Below, in pieces: positions 51,249 to 61,831 of a stretch of 64,000 bases of DNA. Source of the DNA: Nitrospirota bacterium (GTDB taxonomy: Bacteria; Nitrospirota; UBA9217). Below the pieces are notes generated by a model. It was given only the letters and a program-made list of their open reading frames with translations, ran no database searches and was not told the origin of the DNA. The stretch covers positions 1 to 64,000 of the forward strand of contig CAVWHO010000019.1 in assembly GCA_963754875.1 (NCBI GenBank), in the 5' to 3' direction. Numbering within the stretch: the stretch's first letter is position 1; each line of letters starts with the position of its first letter. The translations under genes and the position numbers were made by a program.

Positions 51249-52483
51249 TTACTTCGTTACAACCACGATGCCTGACTTGGTAACAATGCATCCCCGCATC
51301 CGGTCCTCTTCGGGGTCGAAGCCGATCTCCATGCCTTCGGGGATGGAGATATTTTCGTCGATGATGGCGTTCCTGATCCGGGCCTTCCTGCCGACGTCCA
51401 CGTTCTCGAAGAGGATTGATCCTTCGACCAGGGCATAGCTGTGCACCCGGCAGGATGGTCCCAGGATGGAGCGACGCACGGTAGCGCCGCTGGTGATGCA
51501 GCCGCCGCAGACGAGGGAGTCGAGGTTCTGGCCGCGCCGGCCCTCGTCGTCGAACACGGTCTTGGCCGGCGGGAGGTTCCCCTGATTGGTCAGGATCGGC
51601 CAGCTGTAGTTATAGAGGTTCAACTGGGGGCTGACGCTGACAAGGTCCATGTTCGCCTCGTAGTAGGAGTCGATCGTGCCCACGTCTTTCCAGTAGCCCC
51701 GCTCGTTCGGTCCCATGCCGGGCACGCAGTTGTCGAAGAAACTATAGGCGAAAACTTTGTCCTCTCTGTTCGAGCATCATCGGGATCACGTGTTTGCCGA
51801 AGTCGAGGTCGTCATGTTTGTGTTTGCCTTTTTTCAGGATCTCGATCAGCTTGCCCGTGGAGAAAATGTAATTTCCCATGGACGCGAAGCAGGTGTTGCG
51901 GCCGGGGACCCGCGGCGGCTGTTTCGGTTTTTCCTCGAACGCGGTCGACCCTCAGGTCCTCATCGACGCAGAGGACGCCGAACCGCTCCGCCTCGGCAGG
52001 CGAGACCTCGAGCGCGGCAATGGTGATGTCCGCCTTGTTCATGCGGTGGTAGGCCATCATCTGGGCAATGTCCATCTTGTAGATATGGTCGCCGCCGAAG
52101 ATCAGGACAAAATCGGCGCCCGACGATTCGATGAACCGGAGGTTGTGATAAATGGCGTCGGCCGTGCCGGTGTACCACTGCTCGCCGATGTGGGTCGTTT
52201 CCGGAGAGATGGTATCGTAGAACTCGCCGAGGCCGACCCACCGGCCCCAGGAGTCCTTGATGTGCTTGTTCAGGGAATATGCATGGTACTGGGTGAGGAT
52301 GTAGGTCTTCCGGATGCCGGAATTGAAGAGGTTGGAGAGGACGAAATCGATGATCTTGTACTTTCCGCCGAAGGGGACCGCGGGCTTGGGCCTGCCGACC
52401 GTGATGGGGCTCAATCGCTCGCCTTTGCCGCCGGCAAGGACCATGGCGATGGTGTTTAGCGTTACGTTGCCGATCGTATACAT
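51249..52483 (-). CDS. glgC: Glucose-1-phosphate adenylyltransferase, with several frameshifts between ~51740 and 51960
   Basis: LAGGKGERL, KPAVPFGGKY, WYTGTADA, GGDHIYKMD, YWKDVGTIDSYYEANMDL, and a beta-helix C-terminus. Confidence 0.93.
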
Positions 52484-52633
52484 GAGGCCCTCCTCGTTTT
52501 TTCAAGTATAGTGTATTTTTTAATGTTCTGCAATGTTTGCAGCCTTCATACGACAAACATTTAATTGACAGTGGTCAGCCGGTGTGTTATTCATATATCC
52601 TTCCTTGACGCACTCGCTCGTGACGGGAGAACC

Positions 52634-54107
52634 ATGTCCGCACTCATTTCCAAAAAAACTATTATATTCCCGATGCCGTCCGACAACGACCGCCGTGCCC
52701 ATGACCAGCGACTGCAGGAAGCACTCGGCCTCGGGCTGGTCGAGATTCCTCTTTCCGTCATGAAGCGGTTGCCTGCCCTTGTCCTGAGGAATACTCCGTT
52801 TCCGGGCATCATCGGCAGGATCGGGCACCGTCATCGGTTGATCGATATTGACGCCGAGCGTTCCTTCTCTATCGCGCTTGACCTCGGGACCACGAACCTC
52901 GTGGCGCTGTTGTACGATAACGTCGCGAAAAAAGACGTGTGCACGCGCAGTGTGGAGAACCCCCAGATCGCTTTCGGCAGCGATATCCTGACCCGCATGC
53001 ACCACGCCATGTCTGAGCAGTGCCGCCGAAGTGTACCAGTCCCTCACTGACGGCATCAACAACCTCATCACCCTGATCTGCCGGGAGGCCGGGATCGAAC
53101 AACGCGACATCCACGCCATGACCGTTGCCGGAAACACGGTGATGACCCATTTTTTTCTCGGCCTCGATATCAGCACGATTCCCGTTGATCCCTTTGTGCC
53201 TGTGGTGAGGACGCCGGGATTTTTTGCTGCATCGGAGCTGTCGCTCAACATCAATCCTGAGGCGATAGTGTACGTGTTCCCGAATGCGGGGAGCTATGTG
53301 GGCGGTGACATTACGGCAGGCATTGTTGCGTCAGGCATGTCGCAGTCGGACCGGACGTCCATTCTGATCGACGTGGGAACCAATGCCGAAGTCGTGATCG
53401 GAAATAAGGAGTGGATGATCGTGGGCGCGGGGGCAGCAGGTCCTGCGCTCGAAGAGGGGATATGCCGAATCGGGAAGCGGGCCAGGAAAGGCATCGTCTA
53501 CGATATCGAAATCACCGAGGGGAACATCGCTTGCAAGACTTTTGATGAGGGGACACCCGAAGGGATCTGCGGCTCGGGCATGGTGAGCCTGCTCTATGAG
53601 CTCTACCGGGTCGGGATGGTAGACAAGAGCGGCACCCTGGTGGACAGCGAGCATATCACGACCGTTGGCAACGAGAGGGCGTTTTCCATAGATTGCGACT
53701 GCAGCGACGCGTTGTACATTACCCAGGCCGAAATCCAGAACTTTATGAAGTCCAAGGCCGCCATGTTCACGCTGCTTCTCGTGCTGACACGGTCCGTCGG
53801 TATTTCGTTCGGCGATATCAGCAACGTCTATGTCTCGGGGGCATTGGGTACGGGGATCAATCCCGCAAAGGCCGTCGGCATCGGGATGCTGCCTGCGTGG
53901 CCCGCGGAGATCGTGAAACACCTCGGCAATTCTTCCCTGGAAGGCGCCCGCATGGTGCTTGCTGACGCTGAACTGGTGAATACGGTCAATGCCGTTGTGG
54001 AGAGGATCACGTACAAGCATATGCACGACGACCCGGAATTCATGAAAGAGTTCCTCGGCGCCGTTTTCATTCCCCATACCAATCCGGACCTGTTGAAGGT
54101 TTCCTGA
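52634..54107 (+). CDS. ASKHA-domain DUF4445 protein (RACo/RACE-like corrinoid activator), with one frameshift near 53025
   Basis: ALDLGTT, ENPQIAFGSDILTR, VAGNTVM, YVGGDI, DVGTNAE, AAGPALE, GICGSG. Confidence 0.85.
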
Positions 54108-54230
54108 ACCGCTTCCTTCATGTTCCCTGCCTGTTGTTTTTTCAGAAGAGCTGTGGTAGTGTGCAGCATTGTCGTACCGAGGCGGGCACGGCAGGCGCTC
54201 CGGTGGATTGCGCGCCAGTACTGAGCATTC

Positions 54231-54884
54231 ATGAAGAAGATAAAAAGGAATACAACCAGCGGCCTTTCACGACGGCAGCACTTTCCTGAGGAGGAAAAGA
54301 AACTTCCCTGGCTCCCTCTTTTGCTCGATGCCTATGCCATTGCCGACACCGGCGTGTCCGTCGCCATACGGGGCGAAGAAAAACGCAGGAGCGTAAAGCT
54401 TGCCTGCGCGAAAGGCTGCGGCAATTGCTGCGTCCACCAGAAAGACCTGCCGTTCTATCCCCATGAGCTCGTCGGCATCTACTGGTATGTGTCGGAGAAA
54501 ATGGCGCCGCCCCTGAGAGATATTCTGCGGGACCGTCTCGACAAACACGCTGCTGGTTCGGCCTGCCCCTTTCTGATCGACAATTCCTGCTCCATTCATC
54601 AAGTCCGGCCGATCGGGTGCAGGCAGTTCAACGTTTTCCAGAAGCCCTGCGTGGAAGGCGAGGACCCGTACTACACGAGGCGCGATGACGTTCTGGTCCC
54701 GATCCCGGATTATATTGACCGCGCTTTTTCCGCGGTCCTTCCTTTCTATAATATAAAGAAAGAAGGCGATCCGGCCAAGGCCGTCAGGATTGTCCGATCG
54801 CAGATCATGAACCTCCAGACCTATGATTGGAAAAAGCTGGTTGTTCTGCTGGACCAGGCAGACACGGGAAAAACAGCCGGCTAA
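54231..54884 (+). CDS. YkgJ-family cysteine-cluster protein
   Basis: CAKGCGNCC, CPFL...CSIH..RPIGCR. Confidence 0.88.
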   Translation: MKKIKRNTTSGLSRRQHFPEEEKKLPWLPLLLDAYAIADTGVSVAIRGEEKRRSVKLACAKGCGNCCVHQKDLPFYPHELVGIYWYVSEKMAPPLRDILRDRLDKHAAGSACPFLIDNSCSIHQVRPIGCRQFNVFQKPCVEGEDPYYTRRDDVLVPIPDYIDRAFSAVLPFYNIKKEGDPAKAVRIVRSQIMNLQTYDWKKLVVLLDQADTGKTAG

Positions 54885-55301
54885 TTTCCAGCGGCAGTGA
54901 CCTGCCGTACTACCTTCCCGAAAGCGGCCGATTCCCCACGTTTATAAGAGCCCACCATTTTCGCGGCCACTTAAACACAGCCATATAATCTATTGTATAA
55001 TTAAAAACATTTTTTTTGTGAAATAAAAAAAATACTTGACATCTCCCGGAAAATGTGTTAAAAGCAAGGACAAATACAAACCAATATCCTTCCGGACCGG
55101 GAGATACTGAAAAATCCCGGATGGATGTGCGTCTTCATCAGCGGGTTGTTGCTTCCTCCGATCCACAGACCGATTAGCGTGAAAAATAATTGTCGACAGC
55201 ATCACGATAGTGATTATCAGAACAAACAAAAAAAACGGTCACGATGAGGGTGTCATGGGGCGCCGCTTTTCGGTGATGTCCCGGATCAAGGTGATTGCCA
55301 A

Positions 55302-58166
55302 ATGAAGCGGAAGATTATACTATCTTTGCTCGCAGTTTTTATTATTTCAGCAGTCGGCGCGGCCTTTGCCGTTGTGTATGTCGGAGACACGACCTCAACG
55401 CTCGGCCAGCTTATAGACCTGCACCAGAACGAGGGCATGAGACAACAGTTTATCATATCGATCCAGAGGGTGCAGTCTGATCTCAATTCCACCCCCATGA
55501 ATCTTGACCGCATAACGAACAATGCCAAAGACCTTGAGCAAAGGGCCAAACAATGCTCCGCGTGCCACCATTCACCGGATATAGCAGGACAGATCAAGGG
55601 GCTGCAGTTACGCCTCAGCGACTATCAACAGGCCCTGAACCGGTCGATAAGCGCTTCGGCAAACCCCGGTAAAAGCGGCAAGCTGAAGCGTAAAGCTGAC
55701 GCCATTGGAGACGATCTTCTCGACAGGGCCAAAGCCATGTCCGCACGGGCGAGCGCCAAGCTCGATCTTATGACGAAGCTGGAAATGAGAAAGATCGAGC
55801 GCGTCTGGGCGATCCTCTCGGCGGCGGTCACATTGACTTTTCTCCTGGGAGCCCTAGTTGCCGTTCGCCTGACGAGGTCCATTACCGGTCCCATCAGCAC
55901 ATTGGTCGCCGCCTTGCGGATGATCGCGGCAGGCGACCTCGGTTATACGATAGACTACAAGAACAGGACCGAGTTCGGCGAGCTCGCGAAGCATTTTAAC
56001 ATTATGAGCAGGTCGCTAAAGAACAGCTACCGCAAACTTGAACAGGAAATCAGCGTGCGGGCAGCGACCGAAGCGGTACTCAAGAAATCCGAAGCGTTCT
56101 TAAACACGATTTTCAACAGCATCGATGACCCTTTTTGCATCATCGACCGTGACTATCGGATCGTGCGGGCCAACGAAGCCTATGCGCAGATGCAGGGGAT
56201 GACGCTCGCCGACCTCATCGGCGGAACCTGCCGCGAGGCCTTCCAAGCAAGGGGCAACACCTGTGGTGAGTGCAGCGTGCGGATGACCTTTGCATCTGGA
56301 GATCCCTGCGCCAAGGAAAAAGAAGCGCTCTCTGCTGATGGCGTCAGCACATGGCTGGCGATCTCTACCTACCCGATCTTGGACGGTGCGGGGAACATCT
56401 CCCACGTCATTGAATACACCAGGGACATAACGCAGCGGAAGAGATCCGAACAATCACTGCAGGAAAGTGAAGAACGGTACGCACTTGCAGCGCGCGGCGC
56501 GAACGACGGCCTGTGGGACTGGGACCTGAGGAGCAGTAAAATACATTATTCGCACCGGTGGAAAGCGATGCTGGGTTACGACGAACCGGAGATCAGCGAA
56601 CACCCTCAGGAGTGGTTCAGCCGGGTCAATCCCGATGACCGTGACGAGTTGGAAGCGAAAGTCGCAGCGCACATCCACGGCGGGAACCCGCGCTTTGAAG
56701 CCGAATATCGCATCATGCACCGAGACGGAACGTTCCGCTGGGTGCTGAACCGCGGGCTCGCCGTACGGAACAGCGACGGCCAGGCCTACCGCATGGCGGG
56801 TTCGCAGACTGATGTTACGTCAAGGAAAAAGGCGGAGGAACAACTGGTCCATGACGCTTTCCACGATGCGTTGACGGGGCTGCCGAACCGCGCCCTCTGC
56901 CTGGATCGTCTCCAGCATGCAGTTTTGGCAATGAAACGGCGGCCCCATTCCCTCTATGCCGTTTTGTTCCTCGACATGGATCGTTTCAAGATCGTCAACG
57001 ACAGCCTCGGCCATACCGTTGGGGACCTGTTCCTCATAGCCGTCGGCCGCAAACTCGTCGACTGCGTTCGTCCGGGAGATACGGTCGCGCGTCTGGGCGG
57101 CGACGAGTTTGCGGTCCTGCTGGAGAACATCGGCGACCTGGGCGACGCTATTGATGTTGTTGAACGGATCCGGAGCAAAATGGCGGTCCCGCTCCATATC
57201 AAAGGACACGAAATTTTTACGTCCGTCAGCGTCGGCATTGCGCTGGGATCGGACCGTTATGAACGGCCGGAGCAGGTCCTGCGTGATGCGGATATCGCCA
57301 TGTACCAGGCCAAGGGGAGGGGAAGCGCGCACTACGAGATCTTTGACTCGAAGATGCATGCCAACATCCTCGACCGGCTCCGGCTGGAGTCCGATCTCCA
57401 CGGAGTGCTGGACCGCCGCGAGTTGGTCCTTTTCTATCAACCCATCATCCACTTGAAAACGCAGAGACTGACCGGTTTTGAAGCGCTCGTCCGGTGGAAC
57501 CACCCCACGCGGGGCCTGCTCTATCCCCGGGAGTTCATTCCCTTGGCCGAAGAAAGCGGGCAGATCGCGGCCATTGGGGAATGGATCTTCGGGGAAGCCT
57601 GCCGCGGTCTGATCGCAGTGCAACAGCAGTACCCGATGCAGCCGCCGCTTACCATGAGCATCAATATTTCCGCCAAGCAGTTCGCGCAGCCGGATATGGC
57701 CGATAAGACCGCCATGATCGTGATGGAAGCCGGAGTCGATCCCCGTTCCCTTGTACTCGAGATCACCGAGAGCATGATCATGGAGAACGTTGAATCGGCG
57801 GTAGCGACGATGCATAAGCTCCGGGACATGGGCATTAACATCCATATTGATGATTTTGGGACGGGATATTCTTCGCTCGGTTATTTGCATCGTTTTCCGG
57901 TCAACGCGCTGAAAATTGACCGGTCGTTCATCAATAAACTTACAGCGGACGGCCGCAACAATGAAGTGATCCTTTCGATTATTTCGCTCGCCAGCAGCCT
58001 GAACTTCGAGGTTATTGCGGAGGGCGTGGAAATGGCACACCAGTTACGCAACATCAAGGATTTGCAATGCCAGTACGGGCAAGGGTATTTGTTTGCCCGG
58101 CCCATGGAACCGGGCGAACTCGATGGGTGGCTGAAGGCTGAGAAAGTTCACGCAGGAGTATCCTGA
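55302..58166 (+). CDS. Membrane sensor HAMP-PAS-PAS-GGDEF-EAL protein with periplasmic CxxCH
   Basis: Two TMs flank CSACHH. HAMP domain, ANDGLWDWD PAS, RLGGDEF, FEALVRW, DDFGTGYSSL. Confidence 0.93.
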   Translation: MKRKIILSLLAVFIISAVGAAFAVVYVGDTTSTLGQLIDLHQNEGMRQQFIISIQRVQSDLNSTPMNLDRITNNAKDLEQRAKQCSACHHSPDIAGQIKGLQLRLSDYQQALNRSISASANPGKSGKLKRKADAIGDDLLDRAKAMSARASAKLDLMTKLEMRKIERVWAILSAAVTLTFLLGALVAVRLTRSITGPISTLVAALRMIAAGDLGYTIDYKNRTEFGELAKHFNIMSRSLKNSYRKLEQEISVRAATEAVLKKSEAFLNTIFNSIDDPFCIIDRDYRIVRANEAYAQMQGMTLADLIGGTCREAFQARGNTCGECSVRMTFASGDPCAKEKEALSADGVSTWLAISTYPILDGAGNISHVIEYTRDITQRKRSEQSLQESEERYALAARGANDGLWDWDLRSSKIHYSHRWKAMLGYDEPEISEHPQEWFSRVNPDDRDELEAKVAAHIHGGNPRFEAEYRIMHRDGTFRWVLNRGLAVRNSDGQAYRMAGSQTDVTSRKKAEEQLVHDAFHDALTGLPNRALCLDRLQHAVLAMKRRPHSLYAVLFLDMDRFKIVNDSLGHTVGDLFLIAVGRKLVDCVRPGDTVARLGGDEFAVLLENIGDLGDAIDVVERIRSKMAVPLHIKGHEIFTSVSVGIALGSDRYERPEQVLRDADIAMYQAKGRGSAHYEIFDSKMHANILDRLRLESDLHGVLDRRELVLFYQPIIHLKTQRLTGFEALVRWNHPTRGLLYPREFIPLAEESGQIAAIGEWIFGEACRGLIAVQQQYPMQPPLTMSINISAKQFAQPDMADKTAMIVMEAGVDPRSLVLEITESMIMENVESAVATMHKLRDMGINIHIDDFGTGYSSLGYLHRFPVNALKIDRSFINKLTADGRNNEVILSIISLASSLNFEVIAEGVEMAHQLRNIKDLQCQYGQGYLFARPMEPGELDGWLKAEKVHAGVS

Positions 58167-58172
58167 AGCGGC

Positions 58173-59219
58173 TCAGGCTTTTTGCATCAGTTTTTTCATT
58201 GCAGTAAGAAAATCCTCTGCACTTTTTTTTGTCCAGTAGATGTTCACGATTTCAGCTCTCTCCCGTACAAATCGCTCGTACCCCTCACGCCGCGCCCTTT
58301 CCAGCGCGGTCCAGTCCTGGTGAAGGGAAAAGTCGGCATATGCCTCTTTTAGCTCCGGGTAGAGTGCTTTTCGGTATCCCTCCATAAGCGCAACCGACAA
58401 CCCGAGAGCGCCGCGGTCGCGGCTTTCGATGATCTTTTTGAAAGGGCCCCGGTCAGACGTATCGGCGATGAGGTCTTTAACTGCGCGCAAATAGTGCTCC
58501 ACTTGCCGGTCTCCCGCCAGGGTGAGGATGTCCTTCCATTCCACGAGCTCTTCCGAGGCTTCGGCGATTTCATGGCAGAGCAGCACTTCGGCATAGCGTT
58601 CGGTCATTTCTTCCAGCCTCTGGTAAAACGTAACGTCGATAAGCTGCCGGTGCTGAAAGCCGTAGTGCGCAAAGGCGTTCTCCAGAGCTGCTCCGCGCCT
58701 GACATTCAACTCCGAATGTTTGTACAGCAGGAGCGTCATGAGCGGTTCGAGCCGCAGAAACACGGTTTTATCCTGGAGCATGGCCGGGGCCGTGAAAAGA
58801 TCGCGCACGTGTTCCGTTCCCGAAGTGAAAGCCGTCAGGCCGGAGATGAGGCGGACAGAGCGCAGTTCCGCAAGAAAGAAGGTGGGCTTCATATACATGC
58901 CGTAGCCGGCGCCGTAGGTGAGGCCCTCCTTATTCAAGGCCTCGTTAATTTTCGCGACATCGAAGGGATGATACGTTCTGCCGCCGATGGTAAGATTTCT
59001 GAACGCCTGCTGCTCCAATTCGGGCCATCGCGATTCCTTCTGTCCTATCCACGAACCGATCGCATCACGCCGGATATCCGCCCAAGGCTTCAGCCCCTTT
59101 TCCGAACGAAAAAGGTCGCGATACCGCATCAGGAGACCGCAGACCGAATAATACCCCCAGAATTGTGCATCGGAAACATCACAGTTGAATTTTATGTCTT
59201 CGAGTAAAGCCTCATTCAT
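58173..59219 (-). CDS. Sfum_1244-like hypothetical protein
   Basis: NCDVSDA...YSVCGLLMR, YGAGYG...KPTFFLA, CHEIAE, RAVKDLIAD. Confidence 0.7.
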   Translation of the reverse strand: MNEALLEDIKFNCDVSDAQFWGYYSVCGLLMRYRDLFRSEKGLKPWADIRRDAIGSWIGQKESRWPELEQQAFRNLTIGGRTYHPFDVAKINEALNKEGLTYGAGYGMYMKPTFFLAELRSVRLISGLTAFTSGTEHVRDLFTAPAMLQDKTVFLRLEPLMTLLLYKHSELNVRRGAALENAFAHYGFQHRQLIDVTFYQRLEEMTERYAEVLLCHEIAEASEELVEWKDILTLAGDRQVEHYLRAVKDLIADTSDRGPFKKIIESRDRGALGLSVALMEGYRKALYPELKEAYADFSLHQDWTALERARREGYERFVRERAEIVNIYWTKKSAEDFLTAMKKLMQKA

Positions 59220-59424
59220 ACCGCATTTTACCATTGCAATGGCATGAAGTCCATGTCCGATGAAAGAGCTGCCGAAGCTTGCCTCTGCGCCATGACTCAT
59301 GACCTTGTCCCGGTTTTTCCCCAGACGCAGGAAACACCCCCATTTCCATTCCCAAAAAGTCCTTGCAACTGCTGAAAAAATAAACTATAATTCCCAAATC
59401 CCCTTCAGACAGGTTATTACCGCT

Positions 59425-60498
59425 ATGTCAAATAACAAAATACCTGAACTCCGCAAGAAGATCGACGAGATCGATGACAAACTGGTCGATCTCTTGAACG
59501 AGCGCGCCAAGATCGTCATCGAGGTCGGGAACGTAAAAAAGACCGAGAAGCTCGACTTCCATTCTCCATCGCGAGAGAGGGAGATCCTCGAGCGCCTAAC
59601 TGCACGGAACAAAGGGCCGTTCCCGCAGGACACGCTCAAGGCCGTGTATCACGAGATCCTTTCTTCGTCGCTCTCACTGGAACGGCCGATGAAAGTCGCT
59701 TACCTAGGACCGCGCGCCACGTTCACGCACCAGGCCGGTATGCAGCAGTTCGGTTATGCCGCCCAGTATGTGCCGACGGGGAGCATACGGGAAATCTTCG
59801 GCGAAGTGGAGCGCGGGCGCGCCGATTTCGGCGTCGTACCCATTGAAAATTCGACCGAGGGCGTCGTGAACTACACGCTCGATACGTTCATCGATTCGGA
59901 CCTCAAGATCTATGCTGAAATCCTGCTCGAAGTGTCTCAGAACCTCATGAACAAATCAGGCAGGATCGAAGACATCAAAAAAATCTACACCCATCCCCAG
60001 GTCCCGGGACAATGCCGCCTGTGGCTGGAGAAGAACCTGCCCGGGATCCCCATCCTGGATGCGGCCTCCACAGCGCGCGCCGCGGAAATGGCGGCAGGTG
60101 ACTCGTCCCTGGGCGCCATCGCGAGCGAAATGGCGGCCATGCTCTACGGCCTCCAGATGGCGGCCTGCAGGATCGAGGACAATCCCCACAACTTTACCCG
60201 GTTCCTGGTCATTGCGCCGAAATCGCCGGGCAGGACGGGCCGAGACAAAACCTCGATCATGTTCTCGATCAAGGACCGCGTCGGAGCGTTGTACGATATG
60301 CTCGCGCCCTTTGCCGCACACGGCATTAATCTGAACAGGCTCGATGCCCGTCCGTCGGGAAGGAAAGTATGGGATTATGTTTTTTTCCTTGATATGGAAG
60401 GCCACATCGAGGACGAAAAGGTCGCCGCGGCAATCGAACGTCTGCGGCAGGACTGCATGTTTCTGAAAGTGCTCGGGTCCTATCCGCGGTGCGGATAA
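59425..60498 (+). CDS. pheA: Chorismate mutase/prephenate dehydratase
   Basis: LRKKIDEID, YLGP, VPIENSTEG, NFTRF, and an ACT domain. Confidence 0.95.
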   Translation: MSNNKIPELRKKIDEIDDKLVDLLNERAKIVIEVGNVKKTEKLDFHSPSREREILERLTARNKGPFPQDTLKAVYHEILSSSLSLERPMKVAYLGPRATFTHQAGMQQFGYAAQYVPTGSIREIFGEVERGRADFGVVPIENSTEGVVNYTLDTFIDSDLKIYAEILLEVSQNLMNKSGRIEDIKKIYTHPQVPGQCRLWLEKNLPGIPILDAASTARAAEMAAGDSSLGAIASEMAAMLYGLQMAACRIEDNPHNFTRFLVIAPKSPGRTGRDKTSIMFSIKDRVGALYDMLAPFAAHGINLNRLDARPSGRKVWDYVFFLDMEGHIEDEKVAAAIERLRQDCMFLKVLGSYPRCG

Positions 60499-60586
60499 TT
60501 ATGGAGCAAGCCGACCGTGTGGACCAAGCCATCCGTGATGGCGTGAATCACGGCAACATGGTTGCCTTGGTTCAAACAAACGGCAA

Positions 60587-60630
60587 CACCCTGCACTCGC
60601 GCTAGCGCACTCGTAATCGCCGGGCGCAGG
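60587..60630. repeat. ~44-nt miniature element, copy 1
   Basis: caccctgcactcgcgctagcgcactcgtaatcgccgggcgcagg, near-identical to 62859-62901. Confidence 0.75.
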
Positions 60631-60668
60631 CATGGTTGCCTCGGTCCAAAAAGGAGTAAGAAACAATC

Positions 60669-61745
60669 ATGATCACGGTTTCGGACAATATCAAAAACAT
60701 CACACCCTATGTCCCGGGAAAGCCGATCGAGGAGCTTGAGCGGGAGCTCGGGATCAGCGGGAGCATCAAACTCGCATCGAACGAGAACCCCCTCGGGCCG
60801 TCGCCCAAGGCGATGGCGGCGATCAAGAAGGCAGTCGAAGGTCTCAACCGCTATCCCGATGGCAGCGGGTTCTACCTTTCCCAGGCGCTGGCGAAGAAGT
60901 TCAAGGTGGACCTTTCTCAGATCATTCTGGGCAATGGTTCGAACGAACTGATCGAGTTGCTGGTCCGTACCTTCGTGCAGCCGGGTGATGAGGTCGTATC
61001 CGCTGACCCGTCGTTCGTCGTGTACAAGATGATCACGCAGGCGGCTTCAGGCGTGAACGTCATCGTCCCGTGTAAAGACATGAGGCATGATCTCGATGCC
61101 ATGGCAGAACGGATCACGCCGAAGACGAAGATCGTGTTCATCGCAAACCCGAACAACCCGACCGGGACCATGAATACCTTGGCCGAGATGGACCGGTTCA
61201 TGGGCCGCGTTCCCGATCACGTGATCGTCGCTGTGGATGAAGCATACTTCGAATATGTTACCCATGCCGACTATCCCGATTCCCTGGACTACCTGAAGGA
61301 AAATAAGAACGTGGTCGCGCTCCGGACGTTCTCAAAAATTTACGGCCTCGCAGGCCTCCGCATCGGCTACGGCATCACGACCGCGGAGATCGCGGAACTG
61401 TTGAACAAGGTGCGCCAGCCATTCAACACCAATACGCTTGGCCAGATCGGCGCCCTCGCGGCTCTTTCGGACAGGAAGCACGTGGACAAGTCCGTTGCCG
61501 TAAATAATGAAGGAAAGCAGTTTCTCTATAAGGCATTTCAGCGGCTCGGCATATCCTTTGTCCCCACGGAAACCAATTTCATCATGTTCGAAACGCAGCT
61601 CGACGGCAGGGACCTGTACGGCGGGCTTCTCAAAACAGGCGTGATCGTCCGGCCCATGGGCGGCAAGAGGCTGCGGGTTACGATCGGGCTCCCTGAAGAG
61701 AATGCCCGGTTCGTGGCCGAGCTGGAGAAGATCGTCAAGGCGTAA
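60669..61745 (+). CDS. hisC: Histidinol-phosphate aminotransferase
   Basis: KLASNENPLG, NPNNPTG, DEAY, RTFSKIYGLAGLRIG. Confidence 0.95.
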   Translation: MITVSDNIKNITPYVPGKPIEELERELGISGSIKLASNENPLGPSPKAMAAIKKAVEGLNRYPDGSGFYLSQALAKKFKVDLSQIILGNGSNELIELLVRTFVQPGDEVVSADPSFVVYKMITQAASGVNVIVPCKDMRHDLDAMAERITPKTKIVFIANPNNPTGTMNTLAEMDRFMGRVPDHVIVAVDEAYFEYVTHADYPDSLDYLKENKNVVALRTFSKIYGLAGLRIGYGITTAEIAELLNKVRQPFNTNTLGQIGALAALSDRKHVDKSVAVNNEGKQFLYKAFQRLGISFVPTETNFIMFETQLDGRDLYGGLLKTGVIVRPMGGKRLRVTIGLPEENARFVAELEKIVKA

Positions 61746-61748
61746 TTT

Positions 61749-61810
61749 TTTTCACCGCGGAGGATAAGTTCCAAAAATCTACTCTGCGGTTCTGCGCCTT
61801 CCGCGGTAAA
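61749..61810. repeat. Intergenic palindromic element
   Basis: Imperfect inverted repeat ttcaccgcggagg ... ccttccgcggtaaa. Confidence 0.55.
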
Positions 61811-61831
61811 TTATTTTAAGAAAGGATCACC

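Noticed and set aside
60550..60650. Mini CRISPR array (two ~20-27-nt repeats around a spacer)
   Set aside because: There are only two imperfect units and no cas genes, and the apparent spacer recurs elsewhere as a separate element.
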